Positions 39,532 through 48,884 of a DNA stretch of 64,000 bases are shown piece by piece. A program made the position numbers and the translations under genes. The stretch lies in assembly GCA_044376115.1 (NCBI GenBank), contig JBILLK010000017.1, positions 32,001 through 96,000 on the forward strand, given 5' to 3'. The notes beneath the pieces were generated by a model. The model had not been told where the DNA came from, did not search any database, and saw nothing but the letters and a program-made list of their open reading frames with translations. Source of the stretch: Polyangiaceae bacterium (GTDB lineage Bacteria; Myxococcota_A; Polyangia; Polyangiales; Polyangiaceae). How positions within the stretch are numbered: the stretch's first letter is position 1; each line of letters opens with the position of its first letter.

Positions 39532-41093
39532 CGCAACGAGGCGGCTTTGTTGATCAGGGCCTGCTTATCAATCTTCCCGGATGATGTGCGCGGCAGCTCC
39601 GACTCGATGAAGATCGGGTCGGGCACCATATAATCGGGCAGCTTGGTGCGCAGTCGCGCAGCAAGCTCCTTTACGTCGAGTTGGCCCGCATCCCCTAAGA
39701 GGAATGCCACGATCGCGTTCCCAATCTTCTCGTCGGGGACGGTAACCACGGCACTCTCGGCCACTGGCAGTAGTTCTTCGATCGCTTTCTCGACTTCCGA
39801 CAGCTCCACGCGGTAGCCGCGAGTCTTCACCATGCTGTCCCGACGACCTATCAAGAACAGCTGGCCGTCAACGTCGCGCCGGGCCAGATCTCCGGTGCGA
39901 TAAACACGCTCACCAGAATGTGGAAACTCCGGGTCTTGTACGAAGCGTTCGGCCGAGCGTTCGGGGTCTCTGAAGTAGGCCCCGCTCGCGACACTTCCGG
40001 AGCGCACGCAAAGCTCCCCGGCTCCTTCGCCCTTTAGAATGCTTTCATCCTCAGCCCAGAGGAAGACCTCAAAGTTGGGTAGCGCATGCCCAAGCGGCAG
40101 CGACGCGTCAGCCTTTTCCGGCAGGGTCACGACCTCGTAAACCATTGAAGAGTTGGCCTCAGTCTGGCCGTAAACATTGAAGAGCCGCGCCCGACTGAAG
40201 ACCTCGCGGACACGCGCAAGCAAGGGCACAGGCATCCGCTCCCCCGAGAAGAAGATCGCTCGCACAGACGCAACGTTGTGCTCCGCAGCTCGACCTTTAT
40301 CAAGCAAGAGCGCGAGCGCTGAAACGACCGAGTTCCAAACGGTCACCCCATACTCGGCGATTGCAGCGCACATCTTCTGTGGAAACGCGGAGTAAAACTC
40401 CGGCAAGACGACGACAGCGCCACGAACCGAGGCCGCGCAGAACAGATCAAACACCGACAGGTCAAAGTGCAGCGGTGCGTGCAGCGCGAACCGGTCAGCC
40501 TCGTTGAAGTTGAACTCGGACAACGCAGCATTGATGAATACCAACGAGTTGCGGTGGGAAATTGCGACCCCCTTCGGCACGCCCGTGGAGCCTGAGGTAT
40601 GCAACACGTAGGCGATCGCCTGATCCGAGAGCGCCGTCGGCCGCGGCCTGTGCTCCTGCAAGGCCCCCTCGATCACGGGTCCATCATCGCCAAGCAAGAC
40701 GAAGCCGCGCTGCGACCAAGCACTGTCAGCGCCCGACTGCTCGAGTAAGCTGGCCACTCGCTGCTTTGTCGTGACGACGGCAGAAACCGCTGCACGCGAG
40801 AGAATCGTTGCGTTCCTATTGATGGGCGCCGCGATGTCTAGCGGAACATAGGCAGCGCCGACCGACAGAATTCCATACAAGGCGGCAATCGACCAGGCCG
40901 ACTTCTCGACGAACAGGGCCACTCGATCACCCTGGCCTATGCCCAGTTGCTGAAGACTCTCCGCGACGCGCTGTGCGTTCTTAGCAAGGGTGGCGTAGTC
41001 CCAAACCTGCTTTCGATCGCAGATGGCCACGTTGGTCGGAGCCTCTCGCGCCGCACGTTCGAGCAGCTGGTGCAGAAGGTAGGGCTGTTGCAT
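39528..41093 (-). CDS. Stand-alone amino-acid adenylation enzyme (PltF/RedM/DltA-like)
   Basis: AYVPLD, YVLHTSGSTGVPKGV, HFDLSVFDLF, NVYGQTE, YRTGD, KTRGYRVEL, LPDYMVP, PRTSSGKID. Confidence 0.92.
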   Translation of the reverse strand: MQQPYLLHQLLERAAREAPTNVAICDRKQVWDYATLAKNAQRVAESLQQLGIGQGDRVALFVEKSAWSIAALYGILSVGAAYVPLDIAAPINRNATILSRAAVSAVVTTKQRVASLLEQSGADSAWSQRGFVLLGDDGPVIEGALQEHRPRPTALSDQAIAYVLHTSGSTGVPKGVAISHRNSLVFINAALSEFNFNEADRFALHAPLHFDLSVFDLFCAASVRGAVVVLPEFYSAFPQKMCAAIAEYGVTVWNSVVSALALLLDKGRAAEHNVASVRAIFFSGERMPVPLLARVREVFSRARLFNVYGQTEANSSMVYEVVTLPEKADASLPLGHALPNFEVFLWAEDESILKGEGAGELCVRSGSVASGAYFRDPERSAERFVQDPEFPHSGERVYRTGDLARRDVDGQLFLIGRRDSMVKTRGYRVELSEVEKAIEELLPVAESAVVTVPDEKIGNAIVAFLLGDAGQLDVKELAARLRTKLPDYMVPDPIFIESELPRTSSGKIDKQALINKAASLR

Positions 41094-41204
41094 TGGCCTT
41101 TGATATCCCCAGAAACGGCCGCCATCAAGCGGGCGCACCCGCACGGTTCACTTCCGTCGAAGTCGTCCCACACGATCCACGACTAGCATGCTAAAGCGCT
41201 GCGC

Positions 41205-41942
41205 GTGCCGCTCCGACTACACATCAATATCGATCACGTCGCCACCGTTCGAAACGCGCGAGGGACTCGCTATCCAGACCCGCTTTTTGCAGCGCACATC
41301 TGTGAGGCAGCCGGGGCAGACGGAATCACAGCCCATCTCCGCGAAGATCGAAGGCACATCAAGGATGATGACGTCGAGCGACTACGTGCGTCCATTTCGT
41401 CTCACCTCAACCTTGAATGCGCCACCACCGACGAGATGCGAGCGATCGCAGAACGCGTTCACCCCGACACGGTGACGTTGGTACCTGAGCGGCGACAAGA
41501 GCGGACCACCGAGGGTGGCCTCGACGTAGTGACGCAGCGACGAGACATTGAAGCCTTCGTGTCGATGGCCAAGCGCTGCGGGATCCGCACGAGTCTCTTC
41601 ATTGCGCCCGATGAAGAGGCCATCAAGGCCTCACACGCACTCGGCGTGGAACAGATCGAGCTCCATACTGGCGTGTACTGCCACGCTTGTGAACCGGGTC
41701 ACCAGGGCGCGCGTGCCCTCGAGCTCGAGCGCCTAGCACGCGCTACGTCGCTGGCTTGTTCGCTGGGGATCGAGGTTGCTGCCGGCCACGGACTCACCCG
41801 CCAAAATATCGGTCCGGTGGTTGCGATTCCGGGCATCGTCGAGGTCAACGTTGGACATTCAGTGATCGCGGATGCGGTGTTCATGGGGCTTGGTGAAGCG
41901 GTAAAGAGCCTGCGCGCCGCGATCGATAGAAATCTCGCGTGA
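41205..41942 (+). CDS. pdxJ: Pyridoxine 5'-phosphate synthase
   Basis: INIDHVATVRNAR, GITAHLREDRRHI, TTEGGLD, IELHTG, AGHGL, NVGHS. Confidence 0.97.
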   Translation: MPLRLHINIDHVATVRNARGTRYPDPLFAAHICEAAGADGITAHLREDRRHIKDDDVERLRASISSHLNLECATTDEMRAIAERVHPDTVTLVPERRQERTTEGGLDVVTQRRDIEAFVSMAKRCGIRTSLFIAPDEEAIKASHALGVEQIELHTGVYCHACEPGHQGARALELERLARATSLACSLGIEVAAGHGLTRQNIGPVVAIPGIVEVNVGHSVIADAVFMGLGEAVKSLRAAIDRNLA

Positions 41943-43123
41943 GCACCGTCGCCTCGGGTAAGCAGCCGCTACTGACCAGAGCGTTCATGCTTCTCGCGGC
42001 TTCGCACTCCCTGCATGCGCTCTCCTTCCATCTATTCCTCCATCTTCCCGGCTTTCTAAAAGGGCTTGGAGCGGGCGAGTTGGCTATCGGATTGATGGCA
42101 GGAGTCGCTAGCTTCACGGCGATTGGCGCACGGCCAATGATTGGTGGCGTGATGGATCGGCGAGGGCGTTGCGCCATCATCAGAGCCGGCGGGCTGCTAG
42201 GTATTCTGTCCTGCCTCGGCTACTTGCTGGTCTCTTCCCTGTCCCCGCTGGTGTGGGTCGTGCGAGCTCTTCACGGAGTATCCGAGGCAATGCTGTTTGC
42301 CTCATTGTTCGCGTACGCCGCCGACATTGTGCCCGCGTCACGACGCATTGAGGGCATCGGGCTGTTCGGCATCTCGGGCATGTTGCCGATGGCGGTCGGA
42401 GGCCTTCTCGGCGATGCGCTGCTGTCAGTGTCGGGCTACGCAACCCTGTTCCAAGTCGCGCTGGGGTGCAGCGTCGTTGCTACCTTGCTGTCGCTCCCGC
42501 TCACAGAACCTACTCGAGAGACTGGAGAGGCGCCGCGCGGGATCCTGGCTGCGGTCACCGATTCGAAGCTCCTTCCACTGTGGGCGAGCGGGCTTTGCTT
42601 CGCGACGGCGATCGGCTCCTACTTTGGTTTCCTGAAGACCTTTCTTCTGGCGAATCCGATTGGGACCGTCGGCGACTTCTTTGGAACCTACGCGGTTACC
42701 GCGTGCCTGTTGCGACTGCTGTTTGGCCGCGTCCCCGAGAGATTTGGCCCTTCGCGCGTGTTGACCGTTGCACTAATCGCGCTGTTCGTAGGACTCATTA
42801 CGCTGGCGTTCGGCACTAGCCGAATCGAGCTGATGTTTGCAGGGCTGCTCACTGGGGTTGGCCACGGTTGGGCCTTCCCTATTCTGCTCGGGCTCGTCGT
42901 AACGCGCGCGCGCAGCTCGGAGCGCGGCGCCGCTCTGGCGATCTATACCGCGCTGTTCGACGCCGGAACGCTGCTCGGTGCGCCGCTGTGGGGAGCGATC
43001 ATCGAGAAGGTTTCTTATCCGGCCATGTTCTGTTTGGCAGCCGGCCTAATCTTCCTGGGGGGCTTGATCAACAGCCTCAGCGCCGGCGTTGCTCGAACTC
43101 AATCCTCAGGAAGCTCCGCATGA
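41939..43123 (+). CDS. MFS transporter
   Basis: About 12 hydrophobic segments; GGVMDRRGR motif A. Confidence 0.9.
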   Translation: MSTVASGKQPLLTRAFMLLAASHSLHALSFHLFLHLPGFLKGLGAGELAIGLMAGVASFTAIGARPMIGGVMDRRGRCAIIRAGGLLGILSCLGYLLVSSLSPLVWVVRALHGVSEAMLFASLFAYAADIVPASRRIEGIGLFGISGMLPMAVGGLLGDALLSVSGYATLFQVALGCSVVATLLSLPLTEPTRETGEAPRGILAAVTDSKLLPLWASGLCFATAIGSYFGFLKTFLLANPIGTVGDFFGTYAVTACLLRLLFGRVPERFGPSRVLTVALIALFVGLITLAFGTSRIELMFAGLLTGVGHGWAFPILLGLVVTRARSSERGAALAIYTALFDAGTLLGAPLWGAIIEKVSYPAMFCLAAGLIFLGGLINSLSAGVARTQSSGSSA

Positions 43124-44517
43124 GCCGCTTCCTCTTGGGTTGAACCAACGACAGCGGGTGTTGCAGCTACGGCTGGCAACGTCGGGGCGAGGTTCAAGGT
43201 CAGCTCGCGCAACGCGTAGAACAAGCCGCCCCAGAACGGGAGGAAGAACACGAGGAAGAAGAAGTTCGCTTGGTCGAACCACGGAAGCACCTTCACGGCC
43301 GTGGCGACCACGGTACTGATTAGCGCCGCACGCACGAGCTTGAGCGCAAACTGGGCCGACTTCGCTTGGCCGAACGCGCAGCCCAAGCCGCTACCCACGA
43401 GCACAATTGCCCACGGGACACACAGCAGCGTGTTCTCGTTGCCGTAGCCTACCTCGTGGTCGGTGAAGGCCCAGGCAGCGAGAAAGAACAGACCGAAGAA
43501 CCCCCACAACAGACCGAAGAAGCTGGTCAGCAATCCAAGTGCAATTCGGGCTGCAGGTTTCTTTGAGAAGCGGCCGAAAAGCGCCAAAAGACCTGCGAGG
43601 CCAACCCCAGCGAGCAGCGAGTAGTACCACGTCGTAGGAGGGTTCTCTGGAGGCGGCGGCCGAGTGGCAGCCAGGATATTCCGCTCTTCACGGACGATCG
43701 GATACTCGGTGCCATCGGGGCGAACCAAGGTGACACCGCGCAAGACCTTCTGGAACTCCATTGGGATGAAGGACTCCTCCCAAACAGTCCTCGGCTTGTC
43801 GATCAAATCGCCCATCACGAGGTTCAGCGCCACGTACTCAGCAGGCAGGTCTGCAGTGAGACGCAAGGTCTGCTCGCGGTAGGTCAGCCGCCCCGGTCCG
43901 CCGGAGACAGCTTTGACGCGCCCGCCTGTAACCTTGTCGATCATGTCGCGAACGCGCGTCGAGCAGTTGTCGCGGTAGTAGTCGTACTTGTAGAACTTGT
44001 TCTCTTCTTTGGCGTTTTCCTCAAGTAACCGCACCATCTCGAGCTTCATCTCGGGCGGCAAATCGAGTTCCTGAGCGTCGACACTTCGGCCCTCTCGTTT
44101 GTACGCGTAGATCGTGCCGCCGTAGCTCTGAGGCTCCATCCAATACATGAATCGGCCGAGCACAAACTTCGGCAAGAGGGCCGGATCGCCGAAGGTAAAC
44201 ATGCCCCAGTTGTAGACTTTGTCTCGTTGGGGAGGCTTCTTCGAGAGGTCTTGAATCCAGATCGCGTTGTGACCGAACTTGTAGAACGGGTGAGTTCCAG
44301 GACCGAAGGTGAGAATCGTCACCTTCAGCTCATCTCCCGGGACTCGCGTTGCTCCCCCGCCCGCGTTCGACGGCGGTAGGGTTGGCGGAGCATCACCGGA
44401 AATTGGCTTGGGTTGCTCCTGCGCTTGGGCATTGGCGGCTGGCCAGGTGACCGAGCCAAGCGCGAACACAGTCGCTAGCGCAACGACCAAGAGAAGGAGG
44501 TGAGTCCGCATTTTCAT
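43099..44517 (-). CDS. DUF4105-domain membrane protein (Lnb-like)
   Basis: FGHNAIW, YNWGMF, YKYDYYRDNCSTRVRD, FIP; C-terminal TM helices. Confidence 0.8.
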   Translation of the reverse strand: MKMRTHLLLLVVALATVFALGSVTWPAANAQAQEQPKPISGDAPPTLPPSNAGGGATRVPGDELKVTILTFGPGTHPFYKFGHNAIWIQDLSKKPPQRDKVYNWGMFTFGDPALLPKFVLGRFMYWMEPQSYGGTIYAYKREGRSVDAQELDLPPEMKLEMVRLLEENAKEENKFYKYDYYRDNCSTRVRDMIDKVTGGRVKAVSGGPGRLTYREQTLRLTADLPAEYVALNLVMGDLIDKPRTVWEESFIPMEFQKVLRGVTLVRPDGTEYPIVREERNILAATRPPPPENPPTTWYYSLLAGVGLAGLLALFGRFSKKPAARIALGLLTSFFGLLWGFFGLFFLAAWAFTDHEVGYGNENTLLCVPWAIVLVGSGLGCAFGQAKSAQFALKLVRAALISTVVATAVKVLPWFDQANFFFLVFFLPFWGGLFYALRELTLNLAPTLPAVAATPAVVGSTQEEAAHAELPED

Positions 44518-44608
44518 CGAGGACGCGGAGCATGCTACCCCGCCCGCAATGAAGCAAGCCGCGAGCGCACAGTGAATCAGGTAGCCTCCGGAGGATGGAG
44601 GTTGAGCT

Positions 44609-46273
44609 TTGATTCCTGTGCTCTCGCGAAGCCAGATGCGTGCGTTTGATCGCTATGCGATCGAAGAGTGCCAAGTCCCAGGTGTGGTCTTGATGGAGAA
44701 CGCGGGTCGAGGTGCAGCCGACGTGCTCTCCGCGCTGATCGCTGCTCGCAGCGCCGAGATCGGTCCTGCTACCGCGAGTTCTCAGCGCCGCGCGAGCCTC
44801 ATTCGGCGCTCGCACTTTCCTACCCGCCACGTACGAGCCCCTGGCCAGCCGGCGGACTACCCGCTCGACGCTCGGGTCGTGGTCGTGTGCGGCACTGGAC
44901 TCAACGGCGGTGACGGGTTTGTCGTGGCGAGGCACCTACTCGCGCGTGGGGCCGAGGTCCGCACTTTTCTGACAGGCCAAACCGAGAAGGTCACTGGCGA
45001 AGCCCGAATGAACCACGACGCCTTCATCGACCTTGGTGGGTTCTGCAGCGAGTGTGCTGATGAGGCTGGGCTCGAGGCGCTGCGCATGGAGCTCTCTCGC
45101 GCAGACTTCATCGTCGATGCGCTTTTCGGAACTGGACTCGATCGACCCGTTCAGGGTCACTTGCTGGCAGTCATCAACGCGATCAATGAGGCTAGGGCGC
45201 AGAAACTCGCGCTAGATGTGCCCTCCGGGTTGCACGCTGATAGCGGGGCCGCCTTGGGCAGCGCGGTGCGCGTCGATGACACGGTGACGTTCGGCCATTT
45301 GAAGGTGGGTCTTTTGACGCCCGACGGAGCGAGGCTCGCAGGGCGTATCCATGTTGTCGACCTTGGGGTTCCAGACGCCAAGATTCTCAAAGTGGTTGGT
45401 CACACAGCAGAGGTGTTAGACGCGATTCAGATCGGCGGTTCCTTCGTCGCCAGAGAGCCAAACGTTCACAAATACGCAGCAGGCAACGTGCTCGTGATCG
45501 CCGGCTCGCCAGGCAAACTCGGCGCTGCGCGGCTGACGACGCGCGCTGCACTGCGCGCAGGCGCTGGGCTGGTAACACTCTGCACGTGGCCCGACGCCGC
45601 TCGTGCGTTGGCGAATCAAGCGGATGAGGTGATGACCGCTAGCCTCGACCCAGACAACCTCGAGAGCAGTCTTGATGCTTCACTATCGGGGCGTCACGTT
45701 GTGGCGATTGGGCCAGGCTTCGGGTTGGACGAGCGGGCGCGGCGAGCCGTCGACCACGTGGTGATGAATTGGGACGGCCTTAAGATAATAGATGCCGACG
45801 CGATTACTGCTTTGGCCGTCGCGCCGCAGAAGCTCGCCCGCGCGCCCGGACGCTGTGTCCTCACTCCCCACCCTGGTGAACTGGGACGCTTGCTTGGGAA
45901 AACGAGCGCAGCAGTCGAACAAGACCGATTCGGCGCGGTTCGAGAGGCTGTTGCGCTAACGCGCGCCTTCGTCATCCTGAAAGGGGCGCGGACCATCATT
46001 GGAACACCCGAAGGACAGCTCTACGTTGCGATGGTTGGTAACCCCGCACTAGCAACGGCAGGAGCTGGAGACGTCCTCACGGGCTTGATCGCTGCCTACG
46101 GCTGCTCAATGCCGCCGGACAAAGCCTGCGCAGCAGGCGTATTTGTCCATGCAACCGCTGGAGATACATGGAGCGCGAGGACAGGCTGCGATCGCGGTTT
46201 GCTCGCCGGAGAGCTGGGAGACCTCGTCCCGGAAATCGTCGCCACGCTGATGCGACGGGCTGAAGCGCGCTAA
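44609..46273 (+). CDS. nnr: Bifunctional NAD(P)H-hydrate repair enzyme (YjeF)
   Basis: LMENAG, CGTGLNGGDG, VDALFGTG, DVPSG, GPGFG, DADA, TPHPGE, ATAGAGDVL. Confidence 0.95.
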   Translation: MIPVLSRSQMRAFDRYAIEECQVPGVVLMENAGRGAADVLSALIAARSAEIGPATASSQRRASLIRRSHFPTRHVRAPGQPADYPLDARVVVVCGTGLNGGDGFVVARHLLARGAEVRTFLTGQTEKVTGEARMNHDAFIDLGGFCSECADEAGLEALRMELSRADFIVDALFGTGLDRPVQGHLLAVINAINEARAQKLALDVPSGLHADSGAALGSAVRVDDTVTFGHLKVGLLTPDGARLAGRIHVVDLGVPDAKILKVVGHTAEVLDAIQIGGSFVAREPNVHKYAAGNVLVIAGSPGKLGAARLTTRAALRAGAGLVTLCTWPDAARALANQADEVMTASLDPDNLESSLDASLSGRHVVAIGPGFGLDERARRAVDHVVMNWDGLKIIDADAITALAVAPQKLARAPGRCVLTPHPGELGRLLGKTSAAVEQDRFGAVREAVALTRAFVILKGARTIIGTPEGQLYVAMVGNPALATAGAGDVLTGLIAAYGCSMPPDKACAAGVFVHATAGDTWSARTGCDRGLLAGELGDLVPEIVATLMRRAEAR

Positions 46274-46410
46274 CAGGCGGCGGAGTACGGTTAAGGTTCA
46301 AGCTCGGACCGTGACGCGCCGTTGGTTCGGTAAGGTTGACGGCACGCGTTTGCCCTCACGTCGCTCACAATCGACCGTTGATCGGTCACGACTCTCACTT
46401 CGGAGCCGCT

Positions 46411-48138
46411 ATGCGTCGTTCGATTCAAGTTTCTGCGCTTCTGAGCGTGTTGGCTTTGGGGTGCAACCGCTCGCATAGAGCCGATGGGAACGTCAGCCCA
46501 AGCAGCAGCATGCCGACCTCGGGCTCGCAGAGCTCGCCCGACCGCTCCGTTCCAATCATCGGTGGAACCTTATTGGTCACGAGCCACGGAATGGCGATCG
46601 TGTCGGATCCCGACAGAGACCGTGTGCTCGCGGTAAGCCTTGCCAAACGTATCGTGGAAGAGACGGTTGAGCTGGGCGAAGGAGCTTTTCCTGGAAAGGC
46701 GGCGGAGGGCGAAGACGGGGACGTCTTCGTAGCGCTGCGCGGCACGGGTGAAGTCCTGCGGCTGAGCTCCGACGGTAAAGAACTGGGCAAGTACCAAGCG
46801 TGTGCAAACGTACGCGGAGTCGCCTGGCTTCCGGCAACGAGGGATGTGGTCGTGGCCTGCGCAGAAGGCGAGGTCCTATTGATGAGTCCCAGTGGCAAGG
46901 TGGTTGAGCGAGCGCAACCAGCTGCAGATCTTCGCGACGTGCTCGTTACCACCGCGGGCCGCATCTTTGTCTCAACATTTCGAGAAGCGAAGCTTCTTGA
47001 GCTCAATCAGCAGTTAGAGATCGTGAACCAGCAGGAACCCCCCGTGACCACGGATGCTTCGGGTGCACCGGTCGTTCCTCGCGTCGTGTGGGATTTGGCA
47101 GAACGTCCGTCGGGGGAACTGTTGACACTTCACCAGCATGCCGCCACGCGAGAACTCACGAGCAGCACCAGCTCGAGCGGAAGCCCTGCCTATTCTGGGA
47201 ACGCTGGGTTGCCCATCGTCGAGACTGCGGTCACGAGCTTTAACGATGACGGCCCCACGGCGAGCGAAGGGATACCGTTCGAGGTGTTGACGGTGGACGC
47301 TGACGTTGATGCCAACAGCGGTGACGTTCTCTTGGTGTCCCCTGGAAGCTTCACCTTCTCACGAACGAGCGGCGGGTTTAGGGAACTGATTCATCTGGAA
47401 GCGCAACCTATCGCAGGCGCTTTCTACGATGGCAACGTGGTGATCCAGACCCGGGAGCCCTCCACGCTTGAGTTGTTCGATGGGGACAGCGTTTTTGCCA
47501 GCATCGAACTCGGGGGCGACAACGTTGCGTCGGTTGGACACGCGGTCTTTCACAACACTCCGGATGGGCCAGCGGCGAGCGTGACCTGTGCCAGCTGCCA
47601 CCCCGAAGGCCGAGACGACGCACACACCTGGAACTTTGGTGGCGAGGTTGGACTCCGGCGCACCCAAACTCTGCTCGGCGGAGTTAGCGAAACGAAGCCA
47701 TTTCACTGGAGCGGCGACATCAACAGCATGGAGAACCTCATGGGCGAAGTGTTCACCAAGCGGATGGGCAATCGCCAGCTCACGGGGAAAGAGGTTGCTC
47801 GTTTTGAGGAATGGCTGGGTCAACTGGAGCACCTGACCCCCGTCGAATCAAAGGAAGCAAAAGCCGGCGCGGAAGCGTTCGAGTCCGCGGGCTGCCTCGA
47901 CTGCCATTCGGGCAGTCGACTCTCGAACGACAAGAACAAGAATGTGGGGACCGGCGAATTCTTCCAGACGCCGTCGCTGATCGGCCTGCGCTTCCGAGCC
48001 CCGTACATGCATGACGGCTGCGCCTCCGACCTTCGAGCTCGCTTCGAGCCTGCCTGCGGTGGAGACAACCACGGAACCTTCGAGGACCTATCCACGGAGG
48101 ATCAAGAGCTGCTGCTTCGCTACCTCGAATCTCTTTGA
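46411..48138 (+). CDS. Lipoprotein: beta-propeller plus di-heme cytochrome c (CcP/MauG-like)
   Basis: LALGC lipobox; YncE-like beta repeats; CASCH and CLDCH heme motifs; PFHWSG; TPSLIGL..APYMHDG. Confidence 0.85.
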   Translation: MRRSIQVSALLSVLALGCNRSHRADGNVSPSSSMPTSGSQSSPDRSVPIIGGTLLVTSHGMAIVSDPDRDRVLAVSLAKRIVEETVELGEGAFPGKAAEGEDGDVFVALRGTGEVLRLSSDGKELGKYQACANVRGVAWLPATRDVVVACAEGEVLLMSPSGKVVERAQPAADLRDVLVTTAGRIFVSTFREAKLLELNQQLEIVNQQEPPVTTDASGAPVVPRVVWDLAERPSGELLTLHQHAATRELTSSTSSSGSPAYSGNAGLPIVETAVTSFNDDGPTASEGIPFEVLTVDADVDANSGDVLLVSPGSFTFSRTSGGFRELIHLEAQPIAGAFYDGNVVIQTREPSTLELFDGDSVFASIELGGDNVASVGHAVFHNTPDGPAASVTCASCHPEGRDDAHTWNFGGEVGLRRTQTLLGGVSETKPFHWSGDINSMENLMGEVFTKRMGNRQLTGKEVARFEEWLGQLEHLTPVESKEAKAGAEAFESAGCLDCHSGSRLSNDKNKNVGTGEFFQTPSLIGLRFRAPYMHDGCASDLRARFEPACGGDNHGTFEDLSTEDQELLLRYLESL

Positions 48139-48155
48139 ACGAAGCTGTGGCTCGT

Positions 48156-48183
48156 TTGACACGTGCCTGCGGGCTCGTGTCAA
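48156..48183. promoter_or_regulatory. Intergenic inverted repeat (terminator or operator) upstream of the ECF sigma gene
   Basis: TTGACACGTGCC-TGCG-GGCTCGTGTCAA, 11 of 12 pairs; contains TTGACA. Confidence 0.45.
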
Positions 48184-48264
48184 CAGGTCCACAAGCCATA
48201 GTCACGCAATTTCAATTACTTGCATCGTGGTGACAGTCGGCACCTCGCTTGCTGAGTAGGAGGC

Positions 48265-48831
48265 ATGACCACGAACGCTGCTCGCCCCACTTCCTGCCAA
48301 AACCTCCGCACCTCGCCGCTAACCGAGCTTCGGGCAGCACTGGTCACCTTCGCCCCCGATCTGTATTCGCGCGCACTTCGTCTAACCCGTAACGCGGCGC
48401 AAGCTGAAGACCTCGTTCAGGACACCATGGAGCGGGCGATGAAGTTTGAGTCGCACTTCATTGGGGGAACGAACGCGCGCGCATGGTTGTTCCAAATTCT
48501 GTTCAGCGTCTTCATCACCCGCTGCCGTCGGCTTCGTCGCGAGTACAAAGCGCTCGGCGTGCTCGCGAGCGATCCCTGTTCGTGGACCTTGCCTGACAGC
48601 GCACCGGTGATGAACGATCTGACGCCAGCCCTTCGCCACGAACTCGAGCAGCTGCCGGAGAGCTTCAAGCGCGCACTCGAGCTGGTCGACCTTCAGGAGC
48701 TTAGCTACAAAGACGCTGCCGATTCGATGGGCGTTCCGGTTGGTACGGTGATGAGTCGGCTCCACCGCGGTCGCAAGCTGCTTGCCTCTGCGCTTAAAGG
48801 CTCTCAAGCGGATCTTCGGCTCGCAGCCTAA
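48265..48831 (+). CDS. ECF RNA polymerase sigma factor
   Basis: AEDLVQDT, AWLFQI, LSYKDAA..GVPVGTVMSRLHRGR; AGGAGG RBS. Confidence 0.95.
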   Translation: MTTNAARPTSCQNLRTSPLTELRAALVTFAPDLYSRALRLTRNAAQAEDLVQDTMERAMKFESHFIGGTNARAWLFQILFSVFITRCRRLRREYKALGVLASDPCSWTLPDSAPVMNDLTPALRHELEQLPESFKRALELVDLQELSYKDAADSMGVPVGTVMSRLHRGRKLLASALKGSQADLRLAA

Positions 48832-48884
48832 GCCGCGCTCACGAAATACTTTCGATACATGGCGCGCGTGGTGTACCAGCAGAC

